Shown here: piece by piece, positions 9,970 to 18,345 of the stretch
Position numbering within the stretch: position 1 is the stretch's first letter
Layout: each line of letters begins with the position of its first letter
Source: Candidatus Micrarchaeota archaeon
GTDB taxonomy: Archaea > B1Sed10-29 > JAJRYS01
Assembly: GCA_964496415.1 (NCBI GenBank)
Contig: CAZBZN010000008.1
Coordinates: 1-28,659 of the forward strand
Length of the DNA stretch: 28,659 nt
Reading direction: 5' to 3'
Made by a program: the position numbers and the translations under genes
The notes under the pieces: generated by a model
The model's database searches: none
Seen by the model: only the letters and a program-made list of their open reading frames with translations
What the model was told of the DNA's origin: nothing

Positions 9970-10401
9970 TTACCACACCTGAAGAACCGCTATTGCCTCA
10001 TAATCATCAAACACAAAAGAAACCCTTGAACTTATGATAGTATCTTGCTTCCCAGGATAAGCTTTCTTAGGATTTGTGACCGAATAAGAGTCAACATACT
10101 GCGAACCATTATAAACATACAAAGTAATTCTTTCCCTTAATCCTTTTGGAAAAACACTTCTTAGTTTTTGCCTTATAAAAGACTCTGCTTGGTTTTGATT
10201 ACCATTAACCAAAGCACTTGCCTGAGAAGATAAAAAACCTTCCTTTTTCAAAGTTTTAAGAATGCTTAAAGAATACCTATAAACTTCATAATGCTTAAGA
10301 GAACTATAACTAGTGTTCATCACAGTTACAGCTACTGCTAAGGTCGAGAATAAAATCAACAAAGCAATAACAGAGTCAAGTGAGAATACAAACCCTTTCA
10401 T
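9970..10401 (-). CDS. Minor type IV pilin
   Basis: MKG|FVFSLDSVIALLIL class III signal; operon position. Confidence 0.8.
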   Translation of the reverse strand: MKGFVFSLDSVIALLILFSTLAVAVTVMNTSYSSLKHYEVYRYSLSILKTLKKEGFLSSQASALVNGNQNQAESFIRQKLRSVFPKGLRERITLYVYNGSQYVDSYSVTNPKKAYPGKQDTIISSRVSFVFDDYEAIAVLQVW

Positions 10402-10820
10402 GAGTAAGTCTTCACCTCAATTACTTTTTCACCATCAAGCAAAATCATCCTTTTAGCAGTCACAACATAATCAGACTTCAAAGAATAATTCCCTTTTGAA
10501 AAAACAACCCCATTAGAAGAATAAACTCTTCCATTAAGGTCAGTCACTCTTATTGAAAAATTATATGGTAAGCCAAGCTCTTGTCTTATTTCATCAACTG
10601 ATTTTGAAAAAAACTGAGTAAAGTATTCCTTAGGAAAACTCTGTGCTTTCATCTCTAAATAATCAGCAGCATACTCTGCTTTCTGCTCAATCTGAGAATA
10701 AACCACTAACTCAGCATTCCTAGCAGTAATTGAATTAATCATGAAAAGAGCTACTGCAACAATAAGAAGCATTACTCCAACTGAAGTAATCGCGTCAGCA
10801 GTAAACACCTGTGCTTTCAT
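10398..10820 (-). CDS. Minor type IV pilin
   Basis: MKA|QVFTADAITSVGVMLLIV class III signal; ATGA coupling. Confidence 0.8.
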   Translation of the reverse strand: MKAQVFTADAITSVGVMLLIVAVALFMINSITARNAELVVYSQIEQKAEYAADYLEMKAQSFPKEYFTQFFSKSVDEIRQELGLPYNFSIRVTDLNGRVYSSNGVVFSKGNYSLKSDYVVTAKRMILLDGEKVIEVKTYS

Positions 10821-11203
10821 TTAACATACACCACTCCATCAACGTTCTCAATGGTTGAATTTTCTTTCCATTCAATTACTCTAACCTCACCTAAAAGCTT
10901 CACTGAATAAAGATGTTCTCCTGAATAAACTTCAAGAATCCTTGCAGAAGAATTCAAATTAATAGAATAATTGAAGCCACCAACCTGCTGAGGAACCGTA
11001 TAATAAAACCTAGTACCGTGTCCTGCTAAAAATGCTTTATTCAAAACCATTCCAAGCTCCTGAGTAAAGTCAGCTAACTCAGCTTGCCTTAACTCCTGGT
11101 TTACTTTAACATAATAAGACAAAAAAATTCCTGAAAACACTGTAATCATGACAAGCAAAAAAGTAAAGCTTTGCATGAACTCAAGAGCAGACTGTGACCT
11201 CAT
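10817..11203 (-). CDS. Minor type IV pilin
   Basis: MRS|QSALEF class III signal (Q+1, E+5); ATGA coupling. Confidence 0.82.
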   Translation of the reverse strand: MRSQSALEFMQSFTFLLVMITVFSGIFLSYYVKVNQELRQAELADFTQELGMVLNKAFLAGHGTRFYYTVPQQVGGFNYSINLNSSARILEVYSGEHLYSVKLLGEVRVIEWKENSTIENVDGVVYVK

Positions 11204-13431
11204 TCCCCCACCACTACTAAAGTACTTTCACCACTGTAACCAACTGAAACAGCTATTGGCTTTGTTGAGCTAATATTAAGATAATTTGTATTAACTGTTC
11301 CAGCGTAAGTTGAATAAACAGTTGTAGTATTAGTATCTTCACCATTAACGTAAACATAAGTATCTGCACTTGGAATAAAGAGAAGGTAATCTAAAGATGA
11401 CGTACTTGAAGCAAAATAACCCTTCAAATAAAAGTTACCATACTTATATGCTGGCTGATCTATGCTTGACCCTGACCAAGGATTAGCTGCCATAACTATT
11501 TTTTCATTAGAAGAAACTACTAATGTCCCCAAAGGATTACTTGCAAAATCTTTGAATTTATCACATTCTCTTAAAATAGTGGATATTGAATATTCTTCTG
11601 TTTGATTACTACCTAATGTTTTTAAAACATTACAAACTCCTAAAGTAGGAATATAACCAACCTGTGGATAAATAGTGAAATTAAGCTCTGCTGGGCCACT
11701 AACAGCAAATACTATGACAGATGTTCCCGTCTTGTCATAAATAGGAACAGCAAGTTTACTTGAAAGTGAATCTGAAGAATACAATAATGCTTCTGTGCCA
11801 TCAGGTTCATAAACCACTATGCCAGTACCATTTAATTCTATAATTATAGAAGAAGCTGCTGCGTATTCTTCTTCTACTGAACCATTAACAGGAATTGTTC
11901 CACTAATAGTTTGCTTCACTCCCCCTGTAGCATCAAGAGTTTTAACAACATAAGATAATGAACCAAAAGGAGCACTTATCCTAACAGAACCTGCTTGCTT
12001 TATAATACCATAATAAGTTGATGAAAGCTGTGATGGAGTTAAAAATGAATACATCCCCTCTGTTGAAGGACCTGAAGTAACGACAGCAGAATCATTACAC
12101 TGCACATGTATTAAAGCAGGATATTGCCATCCAGTACCGCCAAGAGAACTCATTGTCAAAGTTGAAACATTATCAAACAAATGAGATTGACTATACTTCA
12201 ATTCTCCTGTCCTATCATTCACAGTTATGTTACAAGAAATAACCTTTCCAACAGTATATACATTTATTTCAGAATCAGAAGAAGAAGCTATACCATAATA
12301 ATCAGTTGAAATAACTGTCATTGGCTGAGATTCAGGTCTTGCTTTTACTACAAAGCTTTTGTTGACTTCAACCCTAAAAAAAGCATCCTCAACTTTAGCA
12401 GTCCAATTACCAAGACTTGCTTCACTTCCAAGAGTATAATTACCATAATAAGTAGAGTATGAAAAGGGACCTGAATAATCCTTTGTCTGGAGAGCGTTGT
12501 CTAATATTCTAATATAATAATCTGTAGAACCTGTCCTTTGAATTTTATAATAAACAGTTGAAGGACAAGCATAATAAACTGATTCAACTACTTCAACCGA
12601 AGGTTCAGCAGGAGGATATACTATAAAAGTATCTGATTCTGTCCTGGTCTGATATCCTGTTTTTGAACAAGTAACATTCCAATTAAAAGTCCCATTATCA
12701 GAAAAAGAACGGTAGTATTCATATAAAGAAGATGTTAAATTATAAGACATATTATAATACTCCCAACCTCCAGAAATATTAAAACCAATTATACATGAAG
12801 CATTAAGAATAGGGTCTGAAGAGTTTGAATAATTAGCATAAAAACCAATTGTTTCATTGACTCTTTTTATATAAAAATCAGTATCATCCCAAATTGAAAG
12901 ATTAGTAAAAACAATAGCAGGAGGCGTATAATTTACCGTAAGATTCATATAATCTACATATGCATACTGGGTTCCTCCTGAAAGTCTTGAAGCTTCAAAT
13001 CTTAAGAACACATTATTTGCTTGAGATACATTAGTAATATATGAAGTTAAATCACACGAACTTATAGTATCAGTAGAAGCTGTTGAAGGAGAACACACCT
13101 GGATCCATTGAGTCCCATTATACCAGTATACTTTTAAGTCAACTCTAGATGCTTGATTCTCATAATGCTCAAAATAATAAATAACTGAATTAATAGTTGA
13201 ATTTTCAGGGATGTTGTTGTTAGTCCAGTTAGCATCAATTGAATCAGTTTTATCTGAAGAACTCATGTCTAGTTCTGCTCTAACGTCATCAGAAACATTA
13301 ACCTGGGAAAGAACATCAGTACCATCATCTTCAAAAGCAGAGTCAGGAGGCTGTGAAAAAATATCTGCAAGAACAGGTGTTGAAAACAAAAACATAAAGA
13401 AGATGATTGGAATCAAAATCCTTAGATACAT
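11200..13431 (-). CDS. Secreted multidomain beta-rich protein, candidate pilus adhesin
   Basis: Sec-type signal (..TPVLA|D), no C-terminal anchor, Cys pairs, many sequons, embedded among minor pilins. Confidence 0.75.
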   Translation of the reverse strand: MYLRILIPIIFFMFLFSTPVLADIFSQPPDSAFEDDGTDVLSQVNVSDDVRAELDMSSSDKTDSIDANWTNNNIPENSTINSVIYYFEHYENQASRVDLKVYWYNGTQWIQVCSPSTASTDTISSCDLTSYITNVSQANNVFLRFEASRLSGGTQYAYVDYMNLTVNYTPPAIVFTNLSIWDDTDFYIKRVNETIGFYANYSNSSDPILNASCIIGFNISGGWEYYNMSYNLTSSLYEYYRSFSDNGTFNWNVTCSKTGYQTRTESDTFIVYPPAEPSVEVVESVYYACPSTVYYKIQRTGSTDYYIRILDNALQTKDYSGPFSYSTYYGNYTLGSEASLGNWTAKVEDAFFRVEVNKSFVVKARPESQPMTVISTDYYGIASSSDSEINVYTVGKVISCNITVNDRTGELKYSQSHLFDNVSTLTMSSLGGTGWQYPALIHVQCNDSAVVTSGPSTEGMYSFLTPSQLSSTYYGIIKQAGSVRISAPFGSLSYVVKTLDATGGVKQTISGTIPVNGSVEEEYAAASSIIIELNGTGIVVYEPDGTEALLYSSDSLSSKLAVPIYDKTGTSVIVFAVSGPAELNFTIYPQVGYIPTLGVCNVLKTLGSNQTEEYSISTILRECDKFKDFASNPLGTLVVSSNEKIVMAANPWSGSSIDQPAYKYGNFYLKGYFASSTSSLDYLLFIPSADTYVYVNGEDTNTTTVYSTYAGTVNTNYLNISSTKPIAVSVGYSGESTLVVVGE

Positions 13432-14501
13432 GGTCTCACCTCAAACACAGTAGTCTTGGTTTTTTCAGAATTATTTACTACAACAGTATAATTACCGAAA
13501 GTAGTAACCTGTGATTGATCCCAATAATGTACAAAAGACCCCTCATTGTCTGTTTGAATAACCACGGGATAACCAGTAACGTTATAACCTAAAGGATCAA
13601 GGATACTAATAGTTAAGTTGCTTGACGCTGGCCAATTTTTCCCTCTTATTTCAACCAGTTTTCCCTGATAAAACTCATAAGCTTCTTTTGAATAGCTAGA
13701 ATCATTGTATAATGTAATCGTATAGTTTGGCAGAGTGAGGTTTCCTGAATAAACATTTAACTCTATTATTATCTCTCTTGTAGTGTTTCCTGATTCTGCG
13801 ATTATCTTTCCAGAATAATAACCCAAATCAACATTATCAGGCACTGTTATATTAAAAAATATTGTTTTGTTAGAATAAGAACTTAAAGTGGTTTGGTTTG
13901 TTGAAAGGGTTATCCAAGAAGCAATATCCCCTGTCTTTGTAAAGTTAATAGTTAAATCATAGTCAGAGTAACTTATAACAGTAAAGTTAAGCTGGGTGCT
14001 TGTTCCTGCTTGAATGTTTTCGTTAAAATAAGAAGGGATAGCATCAAACTCTAACTCATAAGGTATTATTAACACATAACCATCTGAAGTCATCTGAACA
14101 ATGTACAATTGATTACCTGGATTTCCAAGCCAAGAACCTCTTACTTCAGGAGTAGTTGATTCAAAAACATCAGTCTCTCCATTTCTTGTCTGAAGCCTGA
14201 GGTTTATTTCTTTTGAAGGAACAGAAGGGCCTGTCCAAGCAGGCTTTCCAATATAAGAACCAGAATAGTTTACTCCTCCAGGAATTGTTACCTGAACAGT
14301 TATCCTTGAGCCAACACCCTGAGAATAAACATACTCAGCTGCTTTTGCAAGAGCTTGAACAGCTTGTTTTGCCTGAATCACCCTCGTAGACTCCTGAGAA
14401 GTCATGTAGCCATAATAAATAAAAGGAGTAAGTATTGCAATTACCAAAGATATTATCAACAAGTACTCTATAGCTGACTGAGAAAAATGCTTGAAACGCA
14501 T
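13422..14501 (-). CDS. Pilin-like protein with C-terminal Ig-like domains (first gene of the pilus operon)
   Basis: Start moved to ATG 14501: MRFKHFS|QSAIEYLLIISLVIAIL; the longer upstream start overlaps the divergent gene. Confidence 0.82.
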   Translation of the reverse strand: MRFKHFSQSAIEYLLIISLVIAILTPFIYYGYMTSQESTRVIQAKQAVQALAKAAEYVYSQGVGSRITVQVTIPGGVNYSGSYIGKPAWTGPSVPSKEINLRLQTRNGETDVFESTTPEVRGSWLGNPGNQLYIVQMTSDGYVLIIPYELEFDAIPSYFNENIQAGTSTQLNFTVISYSDYDLTINFTKTGDIASWITLSTNQTTLSSYSNKTIFFNITVPDNVDLGYYSGKIIAESGNTTREIIIELNVYSGNLTLPNYTITLYNDSSYSKEAYEFYQGKLVEIRGKNWPASSNLTISILDPLGYNVTGYPVVIQTDNEGSFVHYWDQSQVTTFGNYTVVVNNSEKTKTTVFEVRPCI

Positions 14502-14543
14502 GGTTTTAAAAAAACACTTTGCATATTTATTTGTTGATGAACC
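14502..14543. promoter_or_regulatory. Compact bidirectional promoter between the pilus operon and the second KaiC-like gene
   Basis: 42-bp gap; TTTTAAAAAA (from 14504, +) and ATAAATAT (14530-14523, -), each about 22-40 nt from its ATG. Confidence 0.55.
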
Positions 14544-15341
14544 ATGCCAAGAGCTAAAAAACCTGTGAAGAAAAAAACAAAACAGCAGAACAACAAACGC
14601 AGCAATAAAAAGACTAAACAAGAAGTAAACGCTGAAGAGATAAAAAAATTAATGGCTCAAGCAGTTGAAAAAGAAACAGGAACTATTAAAAAAATAAGCA
14701 CTGGGATAAAGGAACTTGACAAAATGATTAAAGGCGGGTTTCCTTTTCCAGGAGTAATCCTCGTTCTCGGAAAACCAGGAGTTGGAAAAACTCCCTTTGC
14801 AATAGCATACGCTCACGAGGGGATAATGAAAGGTCAAAAATCAATATACGTGTGCTTGAATAATTTTCCTGAAGAAATAAAAGCAATAGCTAAAAGCATA
14901 GGGTATGATCTTGAATCAGCAGAGTTTATTGATGCTTACTCTTGGCTTATTGGGAAAAAAAGCGAGTATGAAGATGTGTCTGCTTTAGACCCTACTGGAA
15001 TTCTGGAGCTAATGGAGGAAAAACTAAAAAAAGGACCAGTGGAAAGAGTAGTACTTGACTCTCTTTCCACAATGTTCTTATATCACGATGAGAAAACTAT
15101 TCAAAGATTTGTACAAGCTTTCACAGCAATGATAAAAGAATACGACGCGTCAGCATTAATCCTTGTCGAGGAAGGAACTTGTTCTCCTGAAATGATTTCA
15201 ACTCTTGAATACCTAACTGACGGAACCATACTCCTTGAAAATAAAAAACTCTTCATAGCAAGACTTGTTGGCATAGAAGTAAAGAAAAAAGAAGCAATAG
15301 TAAACATCACGAAAAAAGGAATAGAAATAGAAGTAGTGTGA
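14544..15341 (+). CDS. KaiC/RAD55-like ATPase with basic N-terminal extension
   Basis: ISTGIKELDKMIKGGFP, GKPGVGKT, RVVLDSLS, LEYLTDGTI. Confidence 0.9.
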   Translation: MPRAKKPVKKKTKQQNNKRSNKKTKQEVNAEEIKKLMAQAVEKETGTIKKISTGIKELDKMIKGGFPFPGVILVLGKPGVGKTPFAIAYAHEGIMKGQKSIYVCLNNFPEEIKAIAKSIGYDLESAEFIDAYSWLIGKKSEYEDVSALDPTGILELMEEKLKKGPVERVVLDSLSTMFLYHDEKTIQRFVQAFTAMIKEYDASALILVEEGTCSPEMISTLEYLTDGTILLENKKLFIARLVGIEVKKKEAIVNITKKGIEIEVV

Positions 15342-15343
15342 AA

Positions 15344-16018
15344 TCACTTAACTATCCTTCCATCTTTCAACTTGAACACTTTGTCTCTTTTTTTGATATA
15401 CTCTAAATCATGAGTTACTATGACAAAAGTTTTTTTCTCTTCTTTGTTTATCTTCCTCATGTATTCAATAACCTCTTCACCTGTTTTTGAATCAAGTTCT
15501 CCTGTTGGCTCGTCTGCAAAAATAATCAAGGGGTTGTTAATTAAAGCACGCGCAATAGCAACTCTTTGTTTTTCACCTCCTGAAAGCTGCGTAGGTTTAT
15601 GGTTTTTTCTTTTTCCTAAACCAAGAACTTTAAGAAGCTCTTCAGCTTTCTCTTTATCCTGTTTGCTAATACCATCAGGCATTTTTGGAAGTAAGACGTT
15701 TTCAAAAGCAGTAAGAGAAGGGGCTAAGTTAAAAGCTTGAAACACGAACCCAACCTTATACCTCCTGTAAAAAGACAATTCATAATCATCAAAAGAGTAA
15801 AGATCATTACCTCTAACAAACACTTTGCCTTTTGTTGGCCTGGAAAGCCCTCCTAAAACATCAAGCAAAGTCGTTTTCCCACTTCCAGAAGGACCTACTA
15901 TAAAAACAAATTCTCCTTCTTTTATGCTTAAATTCACTCCCCTCAAAGCATTAACAAAAACTTCTCCTACTTTGTAAGTCTTCCATACTTCTTTTGCTTT
16001 AATCAAAACATTACTCAT
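15344..16018 (-). CDS. ABC transporter ATP-binding protein (LolD/MacB type)
   Basis: [36 protein letters not shown]. Confidence 0.96.
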   Translation of the reverse strand: MSNVLIKAKEVWKTYKVGEVFVNALRGVNLSIKEGEFVFIVGPSGSGKTTLLDVLGGLSRPTKGKVFVRGNDLYSFDDYELSFYRRYKVGFVFQAFNLAPSLTAFENVLLPKMPDGISKQDKEKAEELLKVLGLGKRKNHKPTQLSGGEKQRVAIARALINNPLIIFADEPTGELDSKTGEEVIEYMRKINKEEKKTFVIVTHDLEYIKKRDKVFKLKDGRIVK

Positions 16019-17159
16019 ATCTTATCGCCGTAACAGGATCAAGTGAAGCGGCCTTAAACGCTGGATAAATCCCTCCAATCACACTAAGTAATACTGAAAT
16101 AAAAAAAGCCATCACTAAAAGCTCTGGAGTAACTATGAAGGAAAAAGGAAGAAAAGGACTAATCAAAGCTATTAAAAGAAAGGAAAAACCAATACCTGTA
16201 AAACCACCAATAACTCCTAAACATAAAGACTCATACATTACTAGTTTTAATACATCATCTTTAGACCAGCCAATAGCTTTCAAAATACCAAACTCTTTAG
16301 TTCTCTCACTGACACTCATCAGCATCGTGTTCAAAATCCCTATCCCACCAACCATCAAAGCAATAGAAGACACTGTAATAAAGAATAATGATAAAGTGTT
16401 AAGAATCTGGTTCGTTGATTCAGAATAACTTGAAGAAGATTTAGCACTCACGTCATCAAACATTAACTCAATAGTATTCCTTAAAGCTTCTGTCTGAGAA
16501 GGGTTTTTTGGTTCAACATAAATCATTGAAACTTTGCCTTCTTCTTTTCCAGTGATTTCCCGAGCAGTTTTTATTGGAATTATCATCATTCTATCAGCTA
16601 TCTTACTTCCTGTTGAAAACAAGCCAACAACCTTAAACTTTTTACCGTTAAAAGTTATTATTGAACCAACGTTCTTATCATAATCATCAGCAACCTGCTG
16701 TCCTATAACAACTGAGTACTTGTCACCAGGCATTAGCCTCCTTCCTTCAGTTATCTTAGGATTGTAAAAACTACCTTCTTCTAACAAGGCTTGTTTTTGA
16801 GGATCAACTCCTAAAAATAAAACCAACCCCAACATTGACCCTGCTTTAAGAGACTCCCCTTGTTCTTCAATATTAGAAGCAATCCCATTAATCATAGGAA
16901 CTGCTGTCTTAACATACTTCAACCTTGAAATCTTATCAACTAAAGACTCGTCAATGGTGGAAAAAGCATCATCAACAGCCCCTTTTTCTAAAACAATTAC
17001 TCCTTCCATGCCTGAAAGAATGGACTCTATATTATGCTTCATTCCATTAGAAATTGAAACTAAAGTAATCACTCCAGTAACTGCTATCGCAAGACCAATT
17101 ATTGCTAACGCTGTCCTAGCCTTTCTAACCCAAAGGTTCTTAAAAGCAAACTCATACAT
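16011..17159 (-). CDS. ABC transporter permease (MacB/FtsX type)
   Basis: N-terminal TM, extracytoplasmic domain, GIGILNTMLMSVSERTKEFGILKAIG, YPAFKAASLDPV. Confidence 0.95.
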   Translation of the reverse strand: MYEFAFKNLWVRKARTALAIIGLAIAVTGVITLVSISNGMKHNIESILSGMEGVIVLEKGAVDDAFSTIDESLVDKISRLKYVKTAVPMINGIASNIEEQGESLKAGSMLGLVLFLGVDPQKQALLEEGSFYNPKITEGRRLMPGDKYSVVIGQQVADDYDKNVGSIITFNGKKFKVVGLFSTGSKIADRMMIIPIKTAREITGKEEGKVSMIYVEPKNPSQTEALRNTIELMFDDVSAKSSSSYSESTNQILNTLSLFFITVSSIALMVGGIGILNTMLMSVSERTKEFGILKAIGWSKDDVLKLVMYESLCLGVIGGFTGIGFSFLLIALISPFLPFSFIVTPELLVMAFFISVLLSVIGGIYPAFKAASLDPVTAIRYE

Positions 17160-18312
17160 TCAATGCTCTTCCCCTTTTCCTTTTCTTAAGGGAATGAAAA
17201 TAAAACAAGACCAAAAAGATGACAAATAATAAGATGAAAAATCCTGCTAATGAATAATTCGGCGGGGTCTGCTTTACAAAAACTGAAAAGTAAGTCTCAT
17301 AAGTAAACTCATCACCTTTCTTATCAGAATAATACACTGTAACTGGAATACGTATTACCCCTGGCTTGTTAAACACAAGCTCAAAAACAGCAGTACCAGA
17401 ATCATCTTTTTCAACAGAACCAATAACAGACTCGTTTATCCCTGAAGCCAAAGAACCTAAATTTAAAACCGCTTTCGCAGCCTTCACATCACCAGTTCCA
17501 ATGTTTTCAAAAAGTAATGAAAGAGAAACCTGCTGTCCAACCAAAGGCTTCTCACTTAAAGAAACTCCTGAAAGAGAAAGCTTTGGCTTTCCAAGCAAGT
17601 CAACAAAAAACAAAGAAGTAATCTCTCCAGAATCAGAGACAACAGAAACGTTAACAGGAACTAACTGCTCTTCTGAATGAACGCTTGAAAAACCATTAAA
17701 AACAAAACAACTTTCTGAATTTTCTTTAATGGAATCAAGGACAACAGAAGAAGGCACGTAATACACTGAACTTGTTGAAGGCGTTAGAGTAATGTTTACT
17801 TCAGAGCTTGGAAGAGAACCGTTATTAAACAAGCATATTTCTGTCTCAAAACCTTCTCCAATGAATGCTTGGGAAGATGAAATTGAAGAAATCCTTAACC
17901 TTGGCTTTCTTGAAACCTGTAAATATAAATACCTAACATAAAAAGTGCTTCCATCAATAGTGTCATAAGAAACCTTAACTGGAACAGCATAAGTACCAGG
18001 CGATGCTTCATCACTCACGTTAAAATTAGTTATTATTGTTTCAGCACTCTTAGGGTCGATTTTCACTATTGAAACTTTTTCAGGAAAAGAAAAATACTCT
18101 GTGCTTTCAAAAGCAAGCGTTATGTTTTCATAAGTTACTGTCCCATAATGTTTTACTTCAAAAATAAGAGTTACATTAGTTTCACCTGGCTCTATTGTAG
18201 AAGGATAAGTTCTTGGATTCCTTAACCAAAGAGAATTTTCAACACTGACGGCTACTGAAAAAAACAACATGCCAACCAAAAACATTAAAGATAACTTCTT
18301 AAAACCAAACAT
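17152..18312 (-). CDS. COG1361-like S-layer/Ig-domain protein associated with the ABC transporter
   Basis: Signal peptide, three Ig-like repeats (PGTYAVPVKVSY, FENIGTG), C-terminal TM; start at MFGFKKL with TTTTAAAA at 18337-18344. Confidence 0.8.
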   Translation of the reverse strand: MFGFKKLSLMFLVGMLFFSVAVSVENSLWLRNPRTYPSTIEPGETNVTLIFEVKHYGTVTYENITLAFESTEYFSFPEKVSIVKIDPKSAETIITNFNVSDEASPGTYAVPVKVSYDTIDGSTFYVRYLYLQVSRKPRLRISSISSSQAFIGEGFETEICLFNNGSLPSSEVNITLTPSTSSVYYVPSSVVLDSIKENSESCFVFNGFSSVHSEEQLVPVNVSVVSDSGEITSLFFVDLLGKPKLSLSGVSLSEKPLVGQQVSLSLLFENIGTGDVKAAKAVLNLGSLASGINESVIGSVEKDDSGTAVFELVFNKPGVIRIPVTVYYSDKKGDEFTYETYFSVFVKQTPPNYSLAGFFILLFVIFLVLFYFHSLKKRKRGRALNV

Positions 18313-18345
18313 AATTGAAAAAGACAAGAAATTTGTTTTTAAAAC

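Noticed and set aside
4037..14501. Archaellum operon
   Set aside because: No ArlB/F/G-like signatures; two TadC-like genes and Q+1/E+5 pilins fit a pilus.
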